Source: Ignavibacteria bacterium
Lineage (GTDB): Bacteria > Bacteroidota > Ignavibacteria > Kapaibacteriales > Kapaibacteriaceae
Assembly (NCBI GenBank): GCA_947459875.1
Contig: CANHFG010000003.1
Coordinates: 162 to 64,161, forward strand
DNA length: 64,000 bases
Direction of reading: 5' to 3'
Below, one piece after another: positions 29,394 to 37,724 of the stretch. The notes below the pieces were generated by a model. It was given only the letters and a program-made list of their open reading frames with translations. It was not told the origin of the DNA and did no database searches. Every line of letters begins with the position of its first letter. Position 1 is the stretch's first letter. Both the position numbers and the translations under genes were made by a program.

Positions 29394-29394
29394 C

Positions 29395-29463
29395 GCAAAG
29401 TTGGCAAGGGGCAGATTTCGGGGAAAATCTGAGACCATTTTCGGAACCCGAGAGCCAACTTTT
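29395..29463 (+). terminator. Nested hairpin plus T-run between the two paralogous cargo genes (possible terminator or attenuator)
   Basis: The outer arms CAAAGTTGGC (29395-29404) and GCCAACTTT (29453-29461) are complementary and are followed by TTTTTG. The inner hairpin is CAGATTT-cgggga-AAATCTG (29411-29430). Confidence 0.35.
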
Positions 29464-29598
29464 TGTTTATTATGGTGAATGTCGAGGAAAGTGTGTTTTA
29501 ATCCGGCCGAAAAGCGCTATGTGAACAAGCGCATTGCGGCTCGGGGAAACGTCGCTACCTCGGCACCAACGTGGACATTTTTTCCGTTTGGAGGCTTC

Positions 29599-32500
29599 AT
29601 GTTCAAGCGCTTCACCATGCGTTCCGTGTTCGTTTTGTTTGTCTTACTGGGTTCGACGCTGCACCTGGCAGCTCAGCGCAAAGCTCCCACTGTCGACAAG
29701 CTGCTAAGTAGTGGCGGCCAAGGCACGGAGTTCTGGGTTGCCATCCCGCCGAATGAGATCCTGCCGTTCCCTGTTGAGGGACTTGAGATCTATGTGGCCT
29801 CAGCGTTCGACGCGAACGTCGAGCTCTTCGACTTCGCAGGCGACCGCTCAACCCGCTTCAAGCTCAAGCCTTACGAGGTGAAGACGCTGAGTGACCGCAA
29901 GGAGCTCAACTGGTCGATGGAGATCCGCGATGCCGAAATGCCTGTGCGGAAGGCTCTGCGGCTGACATCTGACAAGCCCATCTCGGTCTATGTCATTAAT
30001 TCCAAGGTAACGACCACTGACGGCTACATGGCGATCCCCACCAATGGCTGGGGACAGGACTACATCTCCGTCAGCTACTGGGACTTCCGTGAAGTCAAGC
30101 CATGGCCAGGGGGCTTTATGATCATCGCGAAGGAGCCCACAACAGTGGATATTCTCCTTCGTGGGCAGGGCAAGAATGATGCAACCACCTCGAACGGACG
30201 TCGGATCGGCGAGCGCATCTCGGTGTTCCTGGATGAGGGCGAAGTCTACATGGTTCATGGTGATGGCCAGACACGCGCTGCATTTGACCTTACCGGTTCG
30301 CTGATTCGCGCCGACAAACCTGTAGGCTTCATCAGCTTTCACATGCGCACGACCATGCCCAACCTGCTCATTAACGGCAACGGGCGAAACCACCTTTGTG
30401 AGATGCTACCCCCCATTACGGCATGGGGTAAGCGATATTCAACGGTCGAACTAAAGCGTGCGCGGCGTCTTGAAGGTCGCGGCGACGTCTTCAAGGTCGT
30501 TGCCAAGGATGATCAAACGCGCTGGACAATGAAGTACTATGACAAGACCAACGGCAAACTCCTCGGACAGAATGGCGGCCTGCTTGCAAAGGCCGGCGAT
30601 TTCGCCGACATCACGCAGGCTACTCAGCCCACGGCGATCACGGAGGGTTTCTCTGTGTGGGAAGCCAACAAGCCGATCTTCCTGATGCAGTACTCATGTT
30701 CATCAAGCTGGGATGGTGACCAGATCCTTGACCCGTTCATGTTCAACGTGACGCCGGAAGAGCAGTTCATTACGAGCACGATCTTCCAGTCGCCTACGAT
30801 GGCGCAGTTCACAAAGCACTATCTGAATCTGATCGTCAAGACAGACACATCGAACAAGAAAAAAATGGAGGAAAATCTCAAGTCACTCGAGATCGATGGC
30901 ATCCCCGTGTGGAGCGATCCGCGTGCTGAGAAGCCTTCGCTGCTCTTTACCCGCATGCCCAATGGGCTCTTCTGGGCCTCGATCGAGTTCGGCACTGACG
31001 CACGAGCCCACCGTATTTCCGGCAATGGCCTGGTAAGCTTCGGAGGGTACATCTATGGCTTCGGAGCTGTGGATGCGTACGGATGGCCTGCTGCCGCCGG
31101 CTTCCGCCCAACAACGTCCGTGGACACGCTTGCTCCGGTCATTAAGGGCGACTCCCTCTGTGGCGACTACAAGTTTGAGGCCACTGAGCTTCGTAACATA
31201 CCGGACCCGCCTCGTGAAGTTCCTATTGATACCGATCAGGTCGAGACGGGCATCGCCCTGATCGATACCGTTCCTGGGCAGAACAGCTACAACTATCGTC
31301 TGGAGTTGATCACCGATCAAATTTTCCCGCAGGCCCCTTCCTTCAAGCGGTTCAAGTATGAATGGCAGGTCATCGACAAGAGCAAGGATGCCCGGGCGAT
31401 CTATTATGTGCGTGATTTCGCTGATAACGTCACCCTTGACACGTGCTACTACTTTGCTGACAGACTTGTCTTCACACCAGACCCGCTGTTGTTCGGCAAG
31501 ATTCGACTTGGTAGCAAGAAGACACTGCCACTTACCATAAGGAACAACTCCGATGTCGAGGTGACGCTGACGGCGTCGAAAATGCTCGCCGGCACCTACT
31601 TCAAAATGGTTTCGGGTCAGATCCCTGATGGCAAGGAAGTAAAGATCCCTGCTCGCGGAAGCTATACCATCGATATCGAGTATTCCGGCACCCGTGAGAC
31701 GTCGGACGTCACCAAGGACTGGGATAAGGACACCATCCAGATCAATACCAGCTGCGGTCTGTTCAAGCATGGTATGACCGGCGTAGCCGCCATCCCGCGC
31801 ATTAAGGTCCGCGACTTTGACGCGGGCACACGCGGCCTGAATGAGAAGTTCTGCGGTCCGCTGCTGATCGAGAATCCTGGTTCCGACACACTGGTCATTA
31901 CGGCGATCACTGGTTACGACAACTCGGCATTCTCTCTTTCTGCCGGATACACTCCTGCTCTGCCGATCTCGATCCCACCAAGGGGTCGTGTTGAGCTGAA
32001 GGATGTCTGTTTTGTCAGCGATAAGATCATCGACGAGACCAAGGACGTCACCTTTGCCAACAACGGAGACGGTCCCGATTCGGTATCGAAGTGGACCGGC
32101 AACACGCAGACCCCAGGCCCTGGCATCACAGGTTATGACTGGCTGCTTCGCCGCGTGGGTACGCGTCATCCGTGGACGGTTAAGGTCTACAACACAGGCA
32201 ATCAGGAGATCATCCTGAACGACGTCAACTTCTCAACAGGCGGGAAGTACTTCCCTGCCGGGTCGGACGAGAGCAACTTCGTGTTCAAGATCGGCAACCT
32301 CATCAAGGGTGGATCGCCGGTGACCACAGCTACACTGAAGGGCGACTCGGTTGACGTTGAGGTATTCTTCCGTCCGGGCGGCGAGCAGGCCTACACCGTT
32401 GACATCACACCCGTGTGGGCTACATCACAGGATCCACGTTCTGCACGTCTCGCCGGCGAAGGCATCATTCCAAAGATCAATTCGCAGCCTATCTCACTTA

Positions 32501-33951
32501 CGTGCGCCGAAACGCCAGAGGGCGATGAGGTGCGCCGTGACGTTGTCCTGACAAACGGAGGTACCATGCCTCTGACGGTAACGGACATTCGTCTCGCGGC
32601 GGGCGCTCCTGCAGGCTACGCCCTTATCACGACGCCGACCTTCCCAGTAACGGTTGCTGCCAACGGCGGGGTTTATCCTGTAACGATTGCCTACACACGT
32701 CCGTTCGGCTTTGGCAATGCCACTTCTGTCGACCTGGAAGTTGCTCATGATGCAACGCCTGGAACGGGTGTCGATGCGACAACGCTCGTCTCGGTCGGAC
32801 CTCACACACAACGGATGTCGGTTGCCTCGTGCTCGTCACCGGACATTGCTACGATCGATCTCGATTTTGGTCGTAACCGCGCCAACTGCGACGATCCAAC
32901 GCGTGAGTTTACGATCAGCAATCCAAGCGGTTCACTCAAGCCCCTTGAGATCAAGGAGATTCGTGCCGCCGGACCGGATGCAGCCGCATTCACGATCACA
33001 CAGATTCGTGATGGCGCGGGCACTGTCATCTCTCTGCCGATCATTCTGACGGCCGGTCAGACGGCAACCGTCAGCGTCAAGTTCACGCCAACAGAACCAA
33101 ACGCCGCGCCATGGCAGAACCGCGTGTATTCGGCCCAGTATGAGATCGATGGATATGCACAAGGCGAAACCAAGCCATTCAAGTCGGTGACTTCCAAGCT
33201 CACAGGCGTTGGCTTTGTCACCCCGGTATCGATGGCTCTCGGCAACGATCTCGGTCCGACAGAAACGAAGAACCCCGGCAATGCAGTAGCATTCCGTGTT
33301 GCGGCAAATTCGGCCGACTGGAATTCTGCCGACCTTCGTTCGTTCACAGCTGATGTGATCTATGACCCCGCCACAATTTCGTTCACTGCGGGCTCGCTTC
33401 GTGCCGAAGCATCAGCCCCGGGCTGGACGATCGCCGGACCGACGATCACGACGATCTCTGCCGACCAGGCACGCATGACGTTCACCGCATCAGGTCCAGC
33501 GGCCATCCGTGCCAATGGTGATGTGTTCTCGTTCAGCGCTACCCTGCTGCTGTCAGATAAGGTCAAGGCCCTGCAGAACCTTGAGATCAACCTCGGTCGT
33601 CCGTGCTTGATCCCGTCGACGACCGGCGACTCCACGGGAATCTTCAACTGCGCTCTGACTCGCCGGGTCATCAATGTCTCGGGAGCACGCACGAAGATGG
33701 CTCCTGTTTCTCCGAACCCAGTTCGATCTGGCACTGCCACCGTCGAGTTCGGCGTCGGTATCTCAGCGCCGGTCACGATCCAGGTGATCAACGCCCAGGG
33801 TCAGGTTGTCCGCACACTGGTGAACGGTCAACTGCAATGGGGCGAGTACGACATGAGCTTCGATACGCAGGGTCTCTCGGCCGGTGCGTACTTCATCAGA
33901 ATGCAGACCGTCGAATTTGATCGCACGCAGCCGCTGATGATCCAGGACTAA
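29599..33951 (+). CDS. Large (~1450 aa) T9SS cargo protein: IgGFc-binding-like N-terminal region, multiple Ig/PapD-like (ASPM-SPD2-Hydin-type) beta-sandwich repeats, then a CTD
   Basis: A GGAGG Shine-Dalgarno precedes ATG 29599, and MFKRFTMRSVFVLFVLLGSTLHLAAQ looks like a signal peptide. It is paralogous to 27270..29393 up to ~aa 600. It then carries repeats such as LLFGKIRLGSKKTLPLTIRNNSDVEVTL. The C-terminus PNPVRSGTATVEF...IQVINAQGQVV...LSAGAYFIRMQ is a type-A CTD. Confidence 0.85.
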   Translation: MFKRFTMRSVFVLFVLLGSTLHLAAQRKAPTVDKLLSSGGQGTEFWVAIPPNEILPFPVEGLEIYVASAFDANVELFDFAGDRSTRFKLKPYEVKTLSDRKELNWSMEIRDAEMPVRKALRLTSDKPISVYVINSKVTTTDGYMAIPTNGWGQDYISVSYWDFREVKPWPGGFMIIAKEPTTVDILLRGQGKNDATTSNGRRIGERISVFLDEGEVYMVHGDGQTRAAFDLTGSLIRADKPVGFISFHMRTTMPNLLINGNGRNHLCEMLPPITAWGKRYSTVELKRARRLEGRGDVFKVVAKDDQTRWTMKYYDKTNGKLLGQNGGLLAKAGDFADITQATQPTAITEGFSVWEANKPIFLMQYSCSSSWDGDQILDPFMFNVTPEEQFITSTIFQSPTMAQFTKHYLNLIVKTDTSNKKKMEENLKSLEIDGIPVWSDPRAEKPSLLFTRMPNGLFWASIEFGTDARAHRISGNGLVSFGGYIYGFGAVDAYGWPAAAGFRPTTSVDTLAPVIKGDSLCGDYKFEATELRNIPDPPREVPIDTDQVETGIALIDTVPGQNSYNYRLELITDQIFPQAPSFKRFKYEWQVIDKSKDARAIYYVRDFADNVTLDTCYYFADRLVFTPDPLLFGKIRLGSKKTLPLTIRNNSDVEVTLTASKMLAGTYFKMVSGQIPDGKEVKIPARGSYTIDIEYSGTRETSDVTKDWDKDTIQINTSCGLFKHGMTGVAAIPRIKVRDFDAGTRGLNEKFCGPLLIENPGSDTLVITAITGYDNSAFSLSAGYTPALPISIPPRGRVELKDVCFVSDKIIDETKDVTFANNGDGPDSVSKWTGNTQTPGPGITGYDWLLRRVGTRHPWTVKVYNTGNQEIILNDVNFSTGGKYFPAGSDESNFVFKIGNLIKGGSPVTTATLKGDSVDVEVFFRPGGEQAYTVDITPVWATSQDPRSARLAGEGIIPKINSQPISLTCAETPEGDEVRRDVVLTNGGTMPLTVTDIRLAAGAPAGYALITTPTFPVTVAANGGVYPVTIAYTRPFGFGNATSVDLEVAHDATPGTGVDATTLVSVGPHTQRMSVASCSSPDIATIDLDFGRNRANCDDPTREFTISNPSGSLKPLEIKEIRAAGPDAAAFTITQIRDGAGTVISLPIILTAGQTATVSVKFTPTEPNAAPWQNRVYSAQYEIDGYAQGETKPFKSVTSKLTGVGFVTPVSMALGNDLGPTETKNPGNAVAFRVAANSADWNSADLRSFTADVIYDPATISFTAGSLRAEASAPGWTIAGPTITTISADQARMTFTASGPAAIRANGDVFSFSATLLLSDKVKALQNLEINLGRPCLIPSTTGDSTGIFNCALTRRVINVSGARTKMAPVSPNPVRSGTATVEFGVGISAPVTIQVINAQGQVVRTLVNGQLQWGEYDMSFDTQGLSAGAYFIRMQTVEFDRTQPLMIQD

Positions 33952-33980
33952 ACGGCAGATCCGACATACCATGTCCCAAA

Positions 33981-34007
33981 GGGCGGCCCATCCGGGTCGC
34001 CCTTTTT
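33981..34007 (+). terminator. Rho-independent terminator after the 1450-aa gene
   Basis: GGGCGGCCC-atcc-GGGTCGCCC forms a 9-bp stem with one G-T pair and is followed by TTTTT. Confidence 0.6.
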
Positions 34008-34083
34008 CGTTCCGCCCCCTCCCAAGTGCATACATGGCACGGTAATTGGTTGTTTCCCCGCAGACCACTATCTTGCAACGTTC

Positions 34084-34605
34084 ATGCAAAGTCCATCTCC
34101 ACATATCTCCCTGCGCAACCTCGCCCTCATGCTCGCACTTGTCGTGCTGGTGGCGATCGTGCCTGCTTTCGCCGAGAATGCCAGGAGCACCAGTAGTGCA
34201 AAGAATGCGACAAAGCAGACGGCCAGTTCGTTTTCCCCGGTCACACGCGCTGTGGCAAGCGGTGTTAAGGCTCTGACTGTTCGGAAGCTTACGACCGATG
34301 AGCGCGCACAGGTCAAGTCCAACACTGGCCGCGACTCGGCCGTCGCTCCGCCACGCATCGTCTCTACACGCGTCAGTTCCGAAGTGTTCACAACACGGGT
34401 TGAATTGGCAGGTGACGAGTCCCTCGTTGAGATCTCAATCTTTAACATGCTTGGCAAGCGTGTAATGGAAGTCTACAAAGGGGCTTCATCACGCGGCGTG
34501 CATGAACACACGCAGTCGATCTCGGAACTTCCAGACGGCGTCTACATGTGCGTCATGCAGGGGGCCAACTTCCGGAAGGCTGAGAAGTTCTTCTTTAACC
34601 GCTGA
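34084..34605 (+). CDS. Small CTD-only protein: signal/anchor, low-complexity linker, T9SS-CTD-like tail
   Basis: The N-terminal hydrophobic segment is LALMLALVVLVAIVPAFAENA, followed by a Ser/Thr/Ala-rich linker. The tail reads EISIFNMLGKRVMEVYKG...ELPDGVYMCVMQGANFRKAEKFFFNR. Confidence 0.6.
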   Translation: MQSPSPHISLRNLALMLALVVLVAIVPAFAENARSTSSAKNATKQTASSFSPVTRAVASGVKALTVRKLTTDERAQVKSNTGRDSAVAPPRIVSTRVSSEVFTTRVELAGDESLVEISIFNMLGKRVMEVYKGASSRGVHEHTQSISELPDGVYMCVMQGANFRKAEKFFFNR

Positions 34606-34629
34606 CATTGCACCATCAGAAAATCATAC

Positions 34630-34658
34630 GAGCCGCCTTTGGTGGCTCGTTTCGTTTT
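34630..34658 (+). terminator. Rho-independent terminator
   Basis: GAGCCGCC-ttt-GGTGGCTC is followed by GTTTCGTTTT. The Shine-Dalgarno GAGGAG and ATG 34670 come directly after it. Confidence 0.55.
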
Positions 34659-34669
34659 GAGGAGACCCC

Positions 34670-35800
34670 ATGAAGTTCGCAACCAAGGCCATTCATATTG
34701 GTCAAGAACCTGAGCGCCTTACCGGCGCTGTGACCGTGCCGCTTTTTCAGACATCGACCTACGCACAGCATGAGATCGGTCACCATACCGGATTCGAATA
34801 CGCCCGGACGCAAAACCCGACTCGCTTTGCATGGGAGGACAACCTGGCGGCTATGGAAGGTGGCGTCGATGCATTCGCCTTTGGAAGCGGTCTGGCAGCC
34901 ATCGACGCGGTCATGCGTCTGCTTTCCTCCGGCGACCATGTGATCATGGCAGAGGACATGTATGGAGGCACGTTCCGCCTGGCAGAACGCATCCTGCGCC
35001 GCTTCGGCCTGGACTTCTCGTACGTTGACATGCGCGATCCGGCGAATGTTGCGAATGCCATTCGCCCGAGCACCAAAATGATCTACACAGAGACGCCGAC
35101 CAATCCGATGATGACCATCACGGACATCGCGGCGATCTCCGCCATCGCCAGCCAGGGCGGCTGCCACATGGTGGTCGACAACACCTTTGCCACCCCTTAC
35201 GCCCAGCGTCCGCTGGAGATGGGGGCTTCGATCGTGGTTCACTCTGCAACCAAGTACCTGGGAGGACATAGCGATCTCGTTAGCGGCATCGTTACGACCA
35301 ACAGTGAGTCTATCGCCGAGCAGCTCGGTTTCATCCAGAATGCCGCCGGCGCTGTCCCCGGCCCCTTTGATTGCTGGCTGCTGCTGCGCTCATCCAAGAC
35401 TCTTTCCGTGCGAATGGATCGTCACAGTTCAAATGCTCAGACCATCGCCGAGTTCTGTGCATCTCACCCAGCGATCCTCGCGACACATTACCCCGGACTG
35501 AAGAGTCATCCCCAGCACGAACTCGCCAAGCGCCAGATGTCTGTCTTTGGTGGCATGATCTCGATCGAACTCGGCTCGCGTGAACGCGCCGTCGCGGTCA
35601 CGAACAAGCTCAAACTCTTCACGCTTGCCGAATCACTCGGTGGCGTCGAATCCCTCGTATGCCACCCTGTGAGCATGACGCACGGATCGATCCCAAAAGA
35701 ACAACGCGAGCGACTCGGCGTCACCGAGGGCCTGATTCGCCTTTCCTGCGGTATCGAAGATGTCGAGGACCTCATGGCGGATATTGAGGCTGCGCTTTAG
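34670..35800 (+). CDS. Cys/Met-metabolism PLP-dependent enzyme (cystathionine gamma-synthase/gamma-lyase/beta-lyase family)
   Basis: MKFATKAIHIGQEP....PLFQTSTY at the start and SATKYLGGHSDL (PLP-lysine motif) fit the family. Substrate specificity cannot be decided from the sequence alone. Confidence 0.85.
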   Translation: MKFATKAIHIGQEPERLTGAVTVPLFQTSTYAQHEIGHHTGFEYARTQNPTRFAWEDNLAAMEGGVDAFAFGSGLAAIDAVMRLLSSGDHVIMAEDMYGGTFRLAERILRRFGLDFSYVDMRDPANVANAIRPSTKMIYTETPTNPMMTITDIAAISAIASQGGCHMVVDNTFATPYAQRPLEMGASIVVHSATKYLGGHSDLVSGIVTTNSESIAEQLGFIQNAAGAVPGPFDCWLLLRSSKTLSVRMDRHSSNAQTIAEFCASHPAILATHYPGLKSHPQHELAKRQMSVFGGMISIELGSRERAVAVTNKLKLFTLAESLGGVESLVCHPVSMTHGSIPKEQRERLGVTEGLIRLSCGIEDVEDLMADIEAAL

Positions 35801-35817
35801 GACATCTGCGCCGCGTA

Positions 35818-35887
35818 GGGTGCCTTCGGCACGAGGAGGAACCTCAAACCTCACACCCCACACCCCACACCTCAAACCTCACACCCG
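35818..35887 (+). repeat. Head sequence GGGTGCCTTCGGCACGAG followed by seven heptamers (GAACCTC AAACCTC ACACCCC ACACCCC ACACCTC AAACCTC ACACCCG)
   Basis: Read directly from the sequence. The heptamers span 35839-35887. They are the reverse-complement families of those at 26125-26152. Confidence 0.9.
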
Positions 35888-35941
35888 CTCGAAGCGCCGA
35901 GCGTCGTAGTTTTGTGGCCCACGAACTTCGGAGTCCCGTCG

Positions 35942-37612
35942 ATGAATCTCGCTGATATTCGCGCTGCCCATCAAGCTACTCTCGATGCTGCCATCAAGGC
36001 CAATGCCGAGCGGACGTTTCATGCCCATTGGCCGGAAGCCCCAAGTGGGAAGATCTACGGCGAGACAGCAAACGACGAAGCGTTAGCACGTTTTCAGTCT
36101 CAGCTGAACAACCGTTTCGAACGCCTTGGTGATTCCGAAACATGGATGGGCGAGGAGATCTCTCCATACGGTTTCTCGCTTGGCATTACATATCCTGCCC
36201 TTGATGTCGAGACGCTCGTCTCGCGAGCCAGTGCAGCGCAGACGGCGTGGCAGTCCCTTACTCCGTTGGATAGGGCTGCGATCCTTGTCGAGGCTCTTGA
36301 ACGTGGAGCAAAGTCATTCTTCGAGATCGGCTATGCAACGCAGCACACCACCGGACAGGGATTCGTGATGGCCTTTCAGGCCTCGGGTCCGCATGCGTTC
36401 GATCGTGCGCTCGAAGCCACAGCGCTTGGCCTTGCTGCTCAATCCTCGTTTACTCCGGGGGTGACGTGGACAAAGCCGATGGGTAAGATCAGCGTCAGCA
36501 TCGAAAAGTCTTATCGCATCGTGCCGCGCGGCATCAATCTTGTTATCGGCTGTTCGACGTTTCCGGTGTGGAACACTGTTCCCGGGATGTTTGCCGGACT
36601 TGTCACGGGCAACAGTGTTATCGTGAAGCCCCATTCCGGTGCCGTCTATCCGATCGCGATCGTCATCGCGGCACTGCGCGATGTTCTTATTGGGCTTGGG
36701 ATGGACCCCGGCATTATCCAGATGGCTGTTGATACAGCTGCTGAGCCCCTTACACTTGACCTCGTCAAGCATCCATCGGTCGGCATCATCGATTACACCG
36801 GCGGCCCGACCTTTGGCGCCGTCGTCGAGAAGGTAGCTGCCGAGCATCGCAAGGTGGTCTTCACAGAAAAGGCGGGCGTCAACTGCGTCATCCTCGACTC
36901 GACGGATGACCTTGACAAGGCCATGGACAATCTTGCCTTCTCGCTGACGCTGTACTCGGGTCAGATGTGCACAGCCCCGCAGAACGTCTTTATATCCAAG
37001 GATGGCATGCAGGTAGGGGGCGAGCACGTTTCCGTAGATGCCGTTGCTGCAAAGCTCCGCGAAAAGATCGATGCACTGGTCTTCAATGAGAAGGCCGGTC
37101 CGGGCACGCTCGGTGCCGTGCAGAATCCTATCACCGCAGCCCGCGTTGCCGAAGCTACCGCGCTCGGCCTTGAGGTTGTTCGCAGCAGTGAAGCCATCGC
37201 GCAACCCGGCTTTGACGGTTCACGTTCGATGTCGCCCCTTGTGTTGAAGACAGACACCAAGCATGCCGACATTTATACAAAGGAGTGGTTCGGGCCGATC
37301 TCCTTCATCGTCGTGACTGACTCTTTCGAGGACTCTCTTAACGAGGTCGTCAGCAGCATTCATGAGCACGGCGCACTGAGCAGCCTTGTCTACACCACGA
37401 ATGCCCACCGTATGCAGATCGCCGAAGATGCAATTGTCGCGGTCGGCGCACCGGTGGCCTTCAACTTCAACAGCTTTGTCTGGGTAAACCAGTCGGCCGC
37501 TTTCAGCGACTTCCACGGCACAGGCTGCAACCCCGCCGGTAACGCCACTTTCGCCGACTGGCAGTTTGTTACGAACCGGTACAATGTGGTGGGCGTGCGC
37601 AAGCAGGCGTAA
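35942..37612 (+). CDS. Aldehyde dehydrogenase family protein, PaaN-like (ring-opening aldehyde dehydrogenase of phenylacetate catabolism)
   Basis: ~556 aa from ATG 35942. The N-terminus ..ERTFHAHWPEAPSGKIYGE.. and the overall length recall PaaN, and YSGQMCTAPQNVF contains the catalytic-Cys region. The family-level call is solid; the PaaN assignment is tentative. Confidence 0.65.
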   Translation: MNLADIRAAHQATLDAAIKANAERTFHAHWPEAPSGKIYGETANDEALARFQSQLNNRFERLGDSETWMGEEISPYGFSLGITYPALDVETLVSRASAAQTAWQSLTPLDRAAILVEALERGAKSFFEIGYATQHTTGQGFVMAFQASGPHAFDRALEATALGLAAQSSFTPGVTWTKPMGKISVSIEKSYRIVPRGINLVIGCSTFPVWNTVPGMFAGLVTGNSVIVKPHSGAVYPIAIVIAALRDVLIGLGMDPGIIQMAVDTAAEPLTLDLVKHPSVGIIDYTGGPTFGAVVEKVAAEHRKVVFTEKAGVNCVILDSTDDLDKAMDNLAFSLTLYSGQMCTAPQNVFISKDGMQVGGEHVSVDAVAAKLREKIDALVFNEKAGPGTLGAVQNPITAARVAEATALGLEVVRSSEAIAQPGFDGSRSMSPLVLKTDTKHADIYTKEWFGPISFIVVTDSFEDSLNEVVSSIHEHGALSSLVYTTNAHRMQIAEDAIVAVGAPVAFNFNSFVWVNQSAAFSDFHGTGCNPAGNATFADWQFVTNRYNVVGVRKQA

Positions 37613-37618
37613 GGAAGA

Positions 37619-37670
37619 GAATTACGGAATTACGGAATTACGGAAGTACGGAATTACGGAATTACGGAAC
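37619..37670 (+). repeat. (GAATTACG)x6.5 octamer array, with one GAAGTACG variant
   Basis: Read directly from the sequence. It starts 6 nt after the TAA at 37610-37612. It is the same unit, in the same sense orientation, as the array at 26171-26218. Confidence 0.95.
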
Positions 37671-37690
37671 GACCGAGTCACTTGTCGTGG

Positions 37691-37710
37691 GGTCGCAGCA
37701 TGCTGCGACC
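37691..37710. terminator. Perfect 20-nt palindrome GGTCGCAGCATGCTGCGACC between convergent genes (candidate bidirectional terminator stem)
   Basis: The sequence is perfectly self-complementary. It lies between a + gene ending at 37612 and a - gene ending at 37725. There is no clean U-run, so the terminator role is uncertain. Confidence 0.35.
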
Positions 37711-37724
37711 TTACCGGTCACTCG

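Noticed and set aside
28674-37204. Long antisense ORFs lie inside well-supported genes: 28674..29438(-), 29848..30393(-), 30883..32169(-), 34616..35269(-) and 36314..37204(-). The same applies further on to 54528..55112(+) and 56781..57575(+).
   Set aside because: Each lies fully within a gene whose product has clear family motifs or a paralog. The antisense translations are Arg/Gly/Asp-rich with no recognisable features, as is typical of a GC-rich genome.
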